The notes under the pieces were generated by a model that saw nothing but the letters and a program-made list of their open reading frames with translations, was not told the origin of the DNA and made no database searches. A stretch of 32,000 nt of DNA from Psychrobacter cryohalolentis K5 (lineage in GTDB: Bacteria; Pseudomonadota; Gammaproteobacteria; Pseudomonadales; Moraxellaceae): NCBI RefSeq assembly GCF_000013905.1, contig NC_007969.1:2280001-2312000 (forward strand), given 5' to 3'. Numbering within the stretch: position 1 is the first letter of the stretch; each line of letters begins with the position of its first letter. The position numbers and the translations under genes were made by a program. Shown piece by piece: positions 19,966 through 27,617 of this stretch.

Positions 19966-20481
19966 TTATTGGGCGATAATATTCACTGCTGTCCCTTCCT
20001 CAATCTGCTCAAACAATTCGATAATATCTTGATTGCGCATACGTATACAGCCATGTGAGAGTGGCACGCTCATCGGCTCACTGTCAGGTGTTCCATGAAT
20101 ATAGATATAGCGATGATAAGTATCGCAGCCACCTTGACTATTACTGCCTTTATTAAAGCCTTCCTCAAGACCACTTAGCCAAAGAATGCGGCTTAGTATC
20201 CAATCACGTTTAGGGTTCAATGCCCCAAGCTCAGCATTATATATTTCTCCCGTCGCTATACGTCCAATAAATACCGTATGACTTGGCGCATTGCCGCCTA
20301 TTTTTTCTGCAATGATATGCTGACCAAGTGGTGTACAACCACTGTCTTGTTGACTGCCTATCCCATTTTTGGCTGTTGATATAGGATATTCAGCAATAAC
20401 TTTTTGCCGCCTATAAACGGTCAAAGTTTGCTGAGCAATGCTAATCACTATCTGGGTCGTAAGATTTCCGTTATCTGTCAT
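19966..20481 (-). CDS. YkuD-family L,D-transpeptidase-fold protein without signal peptide (ElsL/LdtK-like, probable cytoplasmic L,D-carboxypeptidase)
   Basis: The YkuD catalytic motif is IYIHGTPDSEPMSVPLSHGCIRMRNQDIIELF (His ... SHGCIR). Length is 171 aa. The N-terminus MTDNGNLTTQIVISIAQQTLTVY has no hydrophobic signal or lipobox. Confidence 0.85.
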   Translation of the reverse strand: MTDNGNLTTQIVISIAQQTLTVYRRQKVIAEYPISTAKNGIGSQQDSGCTPLGQHIIAEKIGGNAPSHTVFIGRIATGEIYNAELGALNPKRDWILSRILWLSGLEEGFNKGSNSQGGCDTYHRYIYIHGTPDSEPMSVPLSHGCIRMRNQDIIELFEQIEEGTAVNIIAQ

Positions 20482-20505
20482 AGCAATTTTCCGGCAGTTA
20501 TATCG

Positions 20506-20670
20506 ATGATGGCTGTTATAGTCGATTCAATTTAAAAAGAATACAGTACTGCTTGGATAAATTTTGCGAAGCCTCTGGAGTGCGAAGCGCACAGCAAGCG
20601 AGAGAAATTTATCCAAGTATAATGCTATTCTGAACGTAACTCTTTTATATTGAACTCACCATAGCAGCAT
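20506..20670. repeat. Imperfect palindromic, MITE/REP-like intergenic element
   Basis: The perfect 13-bp inner stem is CTTGGATAAATTT (20552-20564) / AAATTTATCCAAG (20605-20617), around a 40-nt loop. The loop contains TGCGAAGC twice and the mini-palindrome GTGCGAAGCGCAC. The outer arms are recognisably but imperfectly complementary, for example TTCAAT 20526-20531 with ATTGAA 20649-20654 and ATG..GCTG..TATAGT with its partner ..CCATAGCAGCAT. The right arm carries an indel of about 11 nt. Confidence 0.5.
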
Positions 20671-20760
20671 AAAAATGAGTGAGTCTTTCTATTATCAAGG
20701 GATTGTATCAAGACATTTGACACCGTAATATAGGGGCACACTTTTTGATGCTAGCAGATT

Positions 20761-22038
20761 ATGACGACTATTTCACCGACACGGGTGTCGATGTATGATT
20801 TTCTATATCAAGATACCAAGCCATTGGTGTCATTATTAGCAGATGCAGCAGCGCTGTCATTGCCGCAAGCGCGTTTGGCAATGGATGCCAGCTTGCAAGC
20901 GATTATCAGCGCTCTTCTCGCTTATCAGCAGCGCCATCAAGGACAAGCTCTAAGCAAAAAGCTATTTGGTCGCAGTGCCGTCAAAGAAATGCGCCAGTAC
21001 AATTCTATGAATTTTGCCACTCTAAATACAACGTTATACCATCGCCATGATGCCGCCGATGCGATATTCCATGATAATGCACGGGTGAGCAAAGCCAGTG
21101 AGTATATTGCAGCACAGATTGACGCGACAGCGCCACAAGTACAAATTTTGCTTACTACCCTATGCGTCATTGTGCTACGTGAGCTTGCTATTTTGGTTGA
21201 GTATAGCCAACTTGATCATGATGAGGTGAATAAATGGTTCGCCTTACAGCCACAATTTTTGTCCAAAGCGCGTTTTGCTATCCCTGTCTTAAATTTAGCT
21301 GTTAACGAATCAGCTGATCATAGCGATGAGGCGCAAATCATATTGTCAGCAGTAGAAGCGGTAAAAATAGAGTCAGTAGCTAGCGACGAGCGTTACTTAT
21401 TAATCGCTGAGCAATTGACAGATAACCCGCCAGCTTTTGATCCTTACTGGTATGAGCTGACAGCATTCATACCCGAACAATTTGAGCCAGTAAAAGACAT
21501 GCAGTTAGCGACTGGTAACTACTTAAAAGCCATTGGACGCTCAGCTGAAAACATTCAACAAGGTAAACACAATGACTTATTGATGTTTGCACCGATGACG
21601 GCTATTGGCTTGCCACATCAACGCTGGCTAGTACAACTGGCTAAAATATCAGAGATATATTTGCAGCGTAATCGATTACGCATTACTTCTGAACCTATCA
21701 ACCCACCAAAGCCGCCGTTGGTTAGCTCAGGATTGCTGAGCAGTAATAGCAACAATGATAATACACCAAGCACCCTTAGCGAAAAGCCGATTGAATACGA
21801 GGCATCAGTCCCCCTATGGAAAAATCCCGTCATTCTGCTGATTATTCTCGTGATTGGTGGGCTTGGAATATTGGCAACCATCAAGTATCAAACGCAAAAA
21901 GCCAACGGCGTCGTACTTGCTACCAATGAAGTGTTAGCGCAAGACTCTGAAACGGAAGAGCGGAAACAGCAAGATGTGGCTATCGTTATGGTAGACGATG
22001 ATATCGCTGCTGATGATAAAAAGTCAAAAGCTGAATGA
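20761..22038 (+). CDS. Hypothetical protein, 425 aa, single C-terminal transmembrane helix and acidic tail
   Basis: It is a long uninterrupted ORF in an AT-rich background. I recognise no family motif. The TM helix is NPVILLIILVIGGLGILATI, near residue 355. It is preceded by a Pro/Ser/Asn-rich linker (INPPKPPLVSSGLLSSNSNNDNTPS) and followed by an acidic tail. The start codon is uncertain because there is no clear SD. Confidence 0.6.
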   Translation: MTTISPTRVSMYDFLYQDTKPLVSLLADAAALSLPQARLAMDASLQAIISALLAYQQRHQGQALSKKLFGRSAVKEMRQYNSMNFATLNTTLYHRHDAADAIFHDNARVSKASEYIAAQIDATAPQVQILLTTLCVIVLRELAILVEYSQLDHDEVNKWFALQPQFLSKARFAIPVLNLAVNESADHSDEAQIILSAVEAVKIESVASDERYLLIAEQLTDNPPAFDPYWYELTAFIPEQFEPVKDMQLATGNYLKAIGRSAENIQQGKHNDLLMFAPMTAIGLPHQRWLVQLAKISEIYLQRNRLRITSEPINPPKPPLVSSGLLSSNSNNDNTPSTLSEKPIEYEASVPLWKNPVILLIILVIGGLGILATIKYQTQKANGVVLATNEVLAQDSETEERKQQDVAIVMVDDDIAADDKKSKAE

Positions 22039-22082
22039 CAAAGCCGCGCCTGAAAATAGTGTAATAAAAACCTATCAGCAAT

Positions 22083-22120
22083 AAAAAAAGAGGCGCTATA
22101 TAAATAGCGACTCTTTTTTA
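22083..22120. terminator. Bidirectional rho-independent terminator (orphan gene + / argG -)
   Basis: An A7 run, GAGGCGCTAT (22090-22099), loop ATAA, ATAGCGACTC (22104-22113) and a T6 run. The stem is 10 bp with one mismatch. Confidence 0.75.
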
Positions 22121-22169
22121 TCGGTCAGTTAATTCATCAGGGACTTAAAAAACCTTTCGTTAACGTTGC

Positions 22170-23408
22170 TTATTTTGATAAATCGCGACCACGGCTGGCT
22201 TCAATTGCCAAACGTAAACCATTTAGACGAATGAAACCTTCTGCATCTTTTTGATCATAGGCGCCCGCATCATCTTCAAAAGTCGCAATTTTTTCATCAA
22301 ATAACGAATCATCTGACTTACGACCAACCACGCTTACAGCACCTTTGTATAATTTGACACGTACCGTACCGTTAACATACTCTTGTGACTTATCAATCAG
22401 CGCCTGTAGCATCATACGCTCAGGGCTGAACCAATAGCCGTTGTAGATAGTCTTAGCATAACGTGGCATCAGCTCATCTTTTAGATGCGCCGCTTCACGG
22501 TCAAGTGTCAATGACTCAATACCACGATGCGCTTTTAACATAATGGTGCCCGCTGGCGTCTCGTAGCAGCCGCGCGACTTCATACCGACGTAACGGTTTT
22601 CAACGATATCCAAACGTCCGATACCATGCTTACCACCAATCTCATTAAGCTTAATCATTACTTCATATGGCTTAAGCGCTTCACCATCGATGGCAACGAT
22701 GTCGCCTTTTTCATACTCTAATTCCAGATATTGGGCTTCATCTGGTGCTTCTTCTGGGCTTACTGACCAGCGCCACATGTCATCTTCTGCTTCAGCATAC
22801 GGATCTTCTAAAATGCCGCCTTCATAAGAGATATGTAATAAATTGGCATCCATCGAGTACGGAGATTTTTTCTTATTGCCCGCATAGTCGATGGCAATAT
22901 TATGCTCTTTAGCATATTCCATCAAGCTTTCACGGCTCGATAAATCCCACTCACGCCAAGGCGCGATAGTCACGACGTCTGGAGATAAAGCGACGGCACC
23001 AAGCTCAAAGCGTACTTGGTCATTACCTTTACCGGTTGCACCATGGCTGATCGCATCAGCATTATGTTCTTTAGCGATTTCAACCAAACGCTTAGCGATG
23101 AGTGGACGCGCGATAGAAGTACCAAGCAGATACTCACCTTCGTAGATGGCATTGGCACGGAACATTGGGAACACGTAATCACGAGCAAATTCTTCGCGCA
23201 AGTCTTCAATATGGATATGTTTGATACCCATGGCTTCAGCTTTGGCACGCGCAGGCTCAACTTCTTCACCTTGACCAATATCCGCAGTGAAAGTGATCAC
23301 TTCTGCATCATAGGTTTCTTGTAGCCATCGAGCGATGATTGAGGTGTCAAGACCCCCTGAATATGCCAATACGATTTTATTAATAGTTTTTGGATCAAGC
23401 TGAGCCAT
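22170..23408 (-). CDS. argG: Argininosuccinate synthase
   Basis: Motifs: [13 protein letters not shown] (ATP-binding P-loop), [34 protein letters not shown]. Length is 412 aa. Confidence 0.97.
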   Translation of the reverse strand: MAQLDPKTINKIVLAYSGGLDTSIIARWLQETYDAEVITFTADIGQGEEVEPARAKAEAMGIKHIHIEDLREEFARDYVFPMFRANAIYEGEYLLGTSIARPLIAKRLVEIAKEHNADAISHGATGKGNDQVRFELGAVALSPDVVTIAPWREWDLSSRESLMEYAKEHNIAIDYAGNKKKSPYSMDANLLHISYEGGILEDPYAEAEDDMWRWSVSPEEAPDEAQYLELEYEKGDIVAIDGEALKPYEVMIKLNEIGGKHGIGRLDIVENRYVGMKSRGCYETPAGTIMLKAHRGIESLTLDREAAHLKDELMPRYAKTIYNGYWFSPERMMLQALIDKSQEYVNGTVRVKLYKGAVSVVGRKSDDSLFDEKIATFEDDAGAYDQKDAEGFIRLNGLRLAIEASRGRDLSK

Positions 23409-23761
23409 GAAACACTCCTAGTATGAGGAATTTAATGATAGGTAAATCGACTATATCACGAGGAAGATAGATTGCTCGCTCAGTGTACATCATATTTACC
23501 ATTGGCAAAAGTGGCACTGCCGTTAGGCATGAGGTTTTTGCCCAAGTTTAGTTGCCACTAAAGCAATAATTTTCTCGCCAATAATAGAGTGAACATGGCA
23601 TCTTACTTTTACAGATGAATAAATTACCTACCATTTCTGTAGAGATATTATGTATAGATATTCAGCCACATATTTAGTCAGGTAAGCAAATCTGTTATGA
23701 TAGCCGCACAGCAAGACTCCCTTTTACTCCCAGATATGACGATATAGAGCGCGACGATACT

Positions 23762-24832
23762 ATGACTGATTCAATTAGAGAATTGACCATCCTACAACCC
23801 GATGATTGGCACATTCATTTGCGTGACGATAAGGCGCTAGCAACCACAGTTCCTCATGCGGCAGAGAGCTTTAATCGCGTCATCTGTATGCCAAACCTTG
23901 TACCACCAGTCAAAAACGTTGACGACGCGCAAGCATATCGCGCGCGTATCATGCAACATCTAGAAATCAGCAATCTGAGCGCTGAGCGTAAAGCATCATT
24001 TGACCCGCGCATGACCTTGTATCTCACCGATCATACCACCGCACAAGATATTGAGCTGGCGGCAAAGTCTGGCATCGTACAAGCGGTCAAGCTCTATCCT
24101 GCTGGTGCTACCACCAACTCTGCTGATGGCGTCACCGACATCAATGCCTGTGTCAATGTCTTTGAAGCGCTTGAAAAATACAATCTACCTTTGCTGCTAC
24201 ATGGAGAAGTCACTCACGACCATGTTGATATTTTTGATCGTGAAAAGCGCTTTTTGGATGAAGTGATGGTACAAATCATCGCAAAGTTCCCAACCATGAA
24301 AATTGTGATGGAGCATATCACCACCAGTGATGCGGCTGATTTTGTCTTGTCACAAGGCAATCAAATTGCTGCCACTATTACGCCGCAGCATTTGATGTTT
24401 AACCGCAATCACCTATTGCTTGGTGGTATTAAACCGCACTTCTATTGCTTGCCTATCTTAAAGCGGGAAAGCCATCAGAAAGTATTGCTTGATGTCGCTA
24501 CCAGCGGCAACCCAAAATTCTTTTTAGGTACTGATTCTGCACCCCATGCGACCGATAAGAAAGAAGCGGCTTGTGGCTGTGCTGGCTGCTATAGCGCAGC
24601 GACTGCACTACCTTTATATGCCACAGCGTTTGATAGTGTTGGTAAAATTGACAGATTAGAAGGGTTCACCAGTCGTTTTGGTGCACAATTTTACGGTTTG
24701 CCCGTTAACGAGAGCACGGTCACCCTTGTTAACGCACCTATGCAAATACCAACAAATTATCCTTATTTTGATGGTAGCTCATTAACTCCACTGATGGCAG
24801 GCGAGACATTACCTTGGTCGATCAAAGGATAA
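23762..24832 (+). CDS. pyrC: Dihydroorotase (class II, homodimeric type)
   Basis: It is near-collinear with E. coli PyrC: [96 protein letters not shown]....KE..CGCAG. Confidence 0.95.
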   Translation: MTDSIRELTILQPDDWHIHLRDDKALATTVPHAAESFNRVICMPNLVPPVKNVDDAQAYRARIMQHLEISNLSAERKASFDPRMTLYLTDHTTAQDIELAAKSGIVQAVKLYPAGATTNSADGVTDINACVNVFEALEKYNLPLLLHGEVTHDHVDIFDREKRFLDEVMVQIIAKFPTMKIVMEHITTSDAADFVLSQGNQIAATITPQHLMFNRNHLLLGGIKPHFYCLPILKRESHQKVLLDVATSGNPKFFLGTDSAPHATDKKEAACGCAGCYSAATALPLYATAFDSVGKIDRLEGFTSRFGAQFYGLPVNESTVTLVNAPMQIPTNYPYFDGSSLTPLMAGETLPWSIKG

Positions 24833-24989
24833 TTTTTAATTAAAACTCTTTTTTATAAAGTAAAATTATCTGTATTTTATCCTATGATAGTAATGCTATC
24901 TGTCCATTGAAAAATAGTATGAGTGTCATAGGAAGTTTATTTTTTTATTAAACACAATAGCCCGACTGATAAAAGCGATTTAACCTGAT

Positions 24990-25730
24990 ATGACCATTAA
25001 AAAAGATACCGCTTTACCCAAAATAGATGTAGCCGTTCCTATAGAGTCGACGACAGAAACGCTAGCACCCCTGAAACTAAAAGAGCGTTTTCGGAAATTC
25101 CTACCAGTAGTAGTGGATGTTGAAACGGCAGGATTTAACGCGCAAACTGATGCCTTGTTAGAGATTGCCTGTATTCCTGTACTACTGAATGAGCAGGGTG
25201 TTTTTTATCCTGGTGAGGCATTTAATGCTCATATCGAACCTTTTGAAGGGGCAAATCTTGAGCCAAGTGCCCTCGCCTTTACCGGCATTGACCCTAACAA
25301 TCCGCTGCGTAAAGCCATTGCTGAAGACGAAAAAACGGCGCTACGTCGTATTTTTAAAGGGTTAAAAGAAGTACGCCGTATTGAAGACTGCCGTCAATGT
25401 GTGTTAATCGGACATAATGCACATTTTGATTTGGCATTTTTAAATGCCGCGGTATTACGTACCAATAATAAGAGCCACAATCCTTTCCATAACTTCTCAG
25501 TCTTTGATACGGTGACTTTATCAGCACTTGCCTTTGGTCAAACGGTGCTAGCACGTGCCTGTAAAGCCGCAGGACTTGATTTTGATGGTAACGACGCTCA
25601 TTCTGCACTCTACGACACGCAAAAAACCGCTGAGCTGTTTTGTTATATCTTAAATAATTATCCTATGCTCGCTAATGCCATGCACAGCGAGCCTGAAATC
25701 ACAGAAACTGCGACTGATAATAGCAAATAA
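24990..25730 (+). CDS. rnt: Ribonuclease T
   Basis: DEDDh exonuclease blocks are present: RFR.FLPVVVDVETAGFNAQTDALLEIA, GHNAHFDLAFLNAA, HSALYDTQKTAELFC. The N-terminus is about 30 aa longer than in E. coli RNase T, and it contains the only in-frame Met. Confidence 0.92.
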   Translation: MTIKKDTALPKIDVAVPIESTTETLAPLKLKERFRKFLPVVVDVETAGFNAQTDALLEIACIPVLLNEQGVFYPGEAFNAHIEPFEGANLEPSALAFTGIDPNNPLRKAIAEDEKTALRRIFKGLKEVRRIEDCRQCVLIGHNAHFDLAFLNAAVLRTNNKSHNPFHNFSVFDTVTLSALAFGQTVLARACKAAGLDFDGNDAHSALYDTQKTAELFCYILNNYPMLANAMHSEPEITETATDNSK

Positions 25731-25937
25731 ATCAGTTATTACAGAGTACGTGTTGCTCGCTACCCATAATAGTGCTATTTGTAAGGTCTGCTAACTTTAA
25801 CCTTACAATTTAACAGGACGATTTAATCATTTGCGTACATCTTGCTCAAGCGATGATTAGATCTATAGATGGTTTAAGTTACCTATTGTGCTTTTAGCGT
25901 CTGTTATAGACGATTAAAGCTTATTATGAGGGACTTT

Positions 25938-26138
25938 ATGATGGAACCACAGTTTAAATTATGGGCGACGATCATCGGCTATATGCTGCTTGCACTAACG
26001 ATCAGTACTTGTACTTCGTTGTGGATTCGATATCATTTGACGCGTAATGACCTGCATCCACGTCGCGCGCTTAAAAAAAGATATTTAATTTTAAAAAGAC
26101 GTAGAAAAAGGCTTGACAGCAAGCGCAGACCCCATTAA
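25938..26138 (+). CDS. Possible small membrane protein (one TM helix plus a highly basic tail); doubtful
   Basis: GAGGGA (25928-25933) precedes ATG ATG at 25938/25941. The predicted helix is LWATIIGYMLLALTISTCTSLWI. The tail is KKRYLILKRRRKRLDSKRRPH. That tail is encoded by the A/T-rich UP-like region and the -35/-10 of the tRNA-Glu promoter, so the 3' half may be a by-product of promoter sequence. Confidence 0.25.
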   Translation: MMEPQFKLWATIIGYMLLALTISTCTSLWIRYHLTRNDLHPRRALKKRYLILKRRRKRLDSKRRPH

Positions 26139-26141
26139 AAT
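26113..26141 (+). promoter_or_regulatory. Near-consensus sigma70 promoter for tRNA-Glu
   Basis: TTGACA (26113-26118), exactly 17 bp of spacer, then TAAAAT (26136-26141). An A/T-rich UP-like stretch (AAAAAAAGATATTTAATTTTAAAAAG) lies just upstream. The mature tRNA starts 48 nt downstream of the -10. Confidence 0.7.
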
Positions 26142-26188
26142 ACGCACCACTTCAGCATAAAGGTGAAAGCAGCTGAAGCGTTGTACTA

Positions 26189-26264
26189 GTCCCCATCGTC
26201 TAGAGGCCTAGGACACCGCCCTTTCACGGCGGTAACGGGGGTTCGAATCCCCCTGGGGACGCCA
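26189..26264 (+). tRNA. tRNA-Glu (anticodon UUC), CCA encoded
   Basis: GTCCCCATCGTCTAGAGGCCTAGGACACCGCCCTTTCACGGCGGTAACGGGGGTTCGAATCCCCCTGGGGACGCCA is 76 nt. The acceptor stem is GTCCCCA/TGGGGAC, the anticodon loop is CTTTCAC and the T-loop is GGTTCGAATCC. It is nearly identical in layout to E. coli tRNA-Glu. Confidence 0.96.
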
Positions 26265-26331
26265 CTATTTGGCGTCACTTATTAGCAAATATGCTTGTTA
26301 AGCGTTAGATAAGACTAATAAGCGCACCACT

Positions 26332-26369
26332 AAAAACCCTATCACAACATACTGTGATAGGGGTTTTTT
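26332..26369 (+). terminator. Rho-independent terminator of the tRNA-Glu transcript
   Basis: AAAAACCCTATCACA-ACATAC-TGTGATAGGGGTTTTTT. The 10-bp perfect stem is 26337-26346 / 26353-26362, and T6 follows. Confidence 0.85.
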
Positions 26370-26511
26370 ATGTGTATTAGTTTCTGCTTTTCAGCATAAA
26401 ATATATCTATTACGCCTTGTCCGTGCAGCCTAACAACCACTTAACACCTGATTGTAAAAACAAAAAAAAGCCAGCAATTTATGCTGACTTCATGAATACA
26501 TATATAGATAT

Positions 26512-27135
26512 TTAGAAAATCTTATCGGATAAAATCAGCCACAGTAGCGCTAACACAATCAATCCACCCAATATGGTTTGGATCAAGAAAAATGCTTGGT
26601 GCTGCCCTACTACTTTGCCTAATGTTAACCCTAGCGTGCTGTATTTTATCGGCTGAGAATCAGTATCACCAGTCACTTCCTGCGCTTCATAATAGCCTTG
26701 CAGAATATCTAGAAACTGCTGCCATTCGTTTGACTTCCAGCTATCAGGTCTAAAAGGCATAAATGCTTTTAGCTTAGGCTCATTAACCATCCAGCGCTCA
26801 AGCGTAATAGAGCGTAATGACCATCCTTCAAAGCGGCGTTCATCAATCGCTGAAAAATCTAATATTTTTAAATCTTTGTGGCGATCGTCTATTAACAAGC
26901 GATTTTTAAGGTTGGTCAGTGCTTGCTCAGTACCTTCGACATATTGAAAAAAGTAACCATTGCCGTAGCAAAGAATACCCGTAATATCATCAATTTTATT
27001 CAGCTTATTTGCGACTTCTGCGATATCGTTAAGCGTACTAGAGTTAGATAGACCAGTAGACGTAATGTGGCTCAGATATACAAGCTGGCATAGATCTGGC
27101 ATTACTGGGTTTGTAGAATCAATCGTTGGTGACAA
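26512..27135 (-). CDS. BLUF-domain (blue-light FAD sensor) protein with C-terminal transmembrane helix
   Basis: The BLUF pattern is LVYLS (conserved Tyr), N....ITGILCY, FFQYVEG (conserved Gln), DDRH and RRFEGWSL. The C-terminal ~100 aa are unassigned and end in the hydrophobic helix AFFLIQTILGGLIVLALLWLILS. A TTG start at 27135 is supported by GGGAG 7 nt upstream. The alternative ATG at 27102 has no SD. Confidence 0.85.
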   Translation of the reverse strand: MSPTIDSTNPVMPDLCQLVYLSHITSTGLSNSSTLNDIAEVANKLNKIDDITGILCYGNGYFFQYVEGTEQALTNLKNRLLIDDRHKDLKILDFSAIDERRFEGWSLRSITLERWMVNEPKLKAFMPFRPDSWKSNEWQQFLDILQGYYEAQEVTGDTDSQPIKYSTLGLTLGKVVGQHQAFFLIQTILGGLIVLALLWLILSDKIF

Positions 27136-27617
27136 TCAGCTTCTCCCTATAATTAGGTAAATGTAGCTAAGACAACCATACTCATTTTTAGAAAAAACCA
27201 TAGAAGCAAGACGTTTCTAAACACAGATCGGCTTGGTATATTATTGATTTTATAAATATTTATATTAATTGTATTAAGTTGGTTACATCATAGGCTGTTT
27301 TAGTGATCAAAGCAATGTATGTTTATGGCAAATAACAAGTTGTTAATATTGAACAATATTTAGGAAATATTCATATAAAAAATATCTACAGCTATAAAAA
27401 ATATTATAGGAAAAATAAACGGCTATTTAGTAAATATAAATAATAAAAATCTATGAATATAATTTCATGTCTCAAATTTAATACTAGCTATAAAGCTTGC
27501 GCCATAAGCCTTACAGAGATAGATACAATGAATATTCGACATTTTTATGACAGAATAAAAAAGTTATATAAAATATATAAAGTTAAAAAATACAGAAATC
27601 AGAGTGTGATAAGAATT

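Noticed and set aside
23616-23666. ARG-box-like sequences in the argG-pyrC divergent region: TGTATAGATATTCA at 23651-23664 and the half-site TGAATAAAT at 23616-23624
   Set aside because: Only one element approaches the TGAAT-W4-ATTCA core (12/14). The second has just one good half-site, and their starts are 35 bp apart instead of the 21-bp tandem spacing typical of ArgR operators. The better box is also closer to pyrC than to argG. In AT-rich DNA such matches arise easily.
26265-27617. Possible genomic islet inserted at the 3' end of tRNA-Glu (BLUF gene plus the AT-rich spacer)
   Set aside because: There is no integrase, and I could find no direct repeat of the tRNA 3' end (for example GGTTCGAATCCCCC) downstream. 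Only one gene is involved. The idea stays testable by comparing the rnt / tRNA-Glu / ispD junction in relatives, but it is not supported by this sequence alone.
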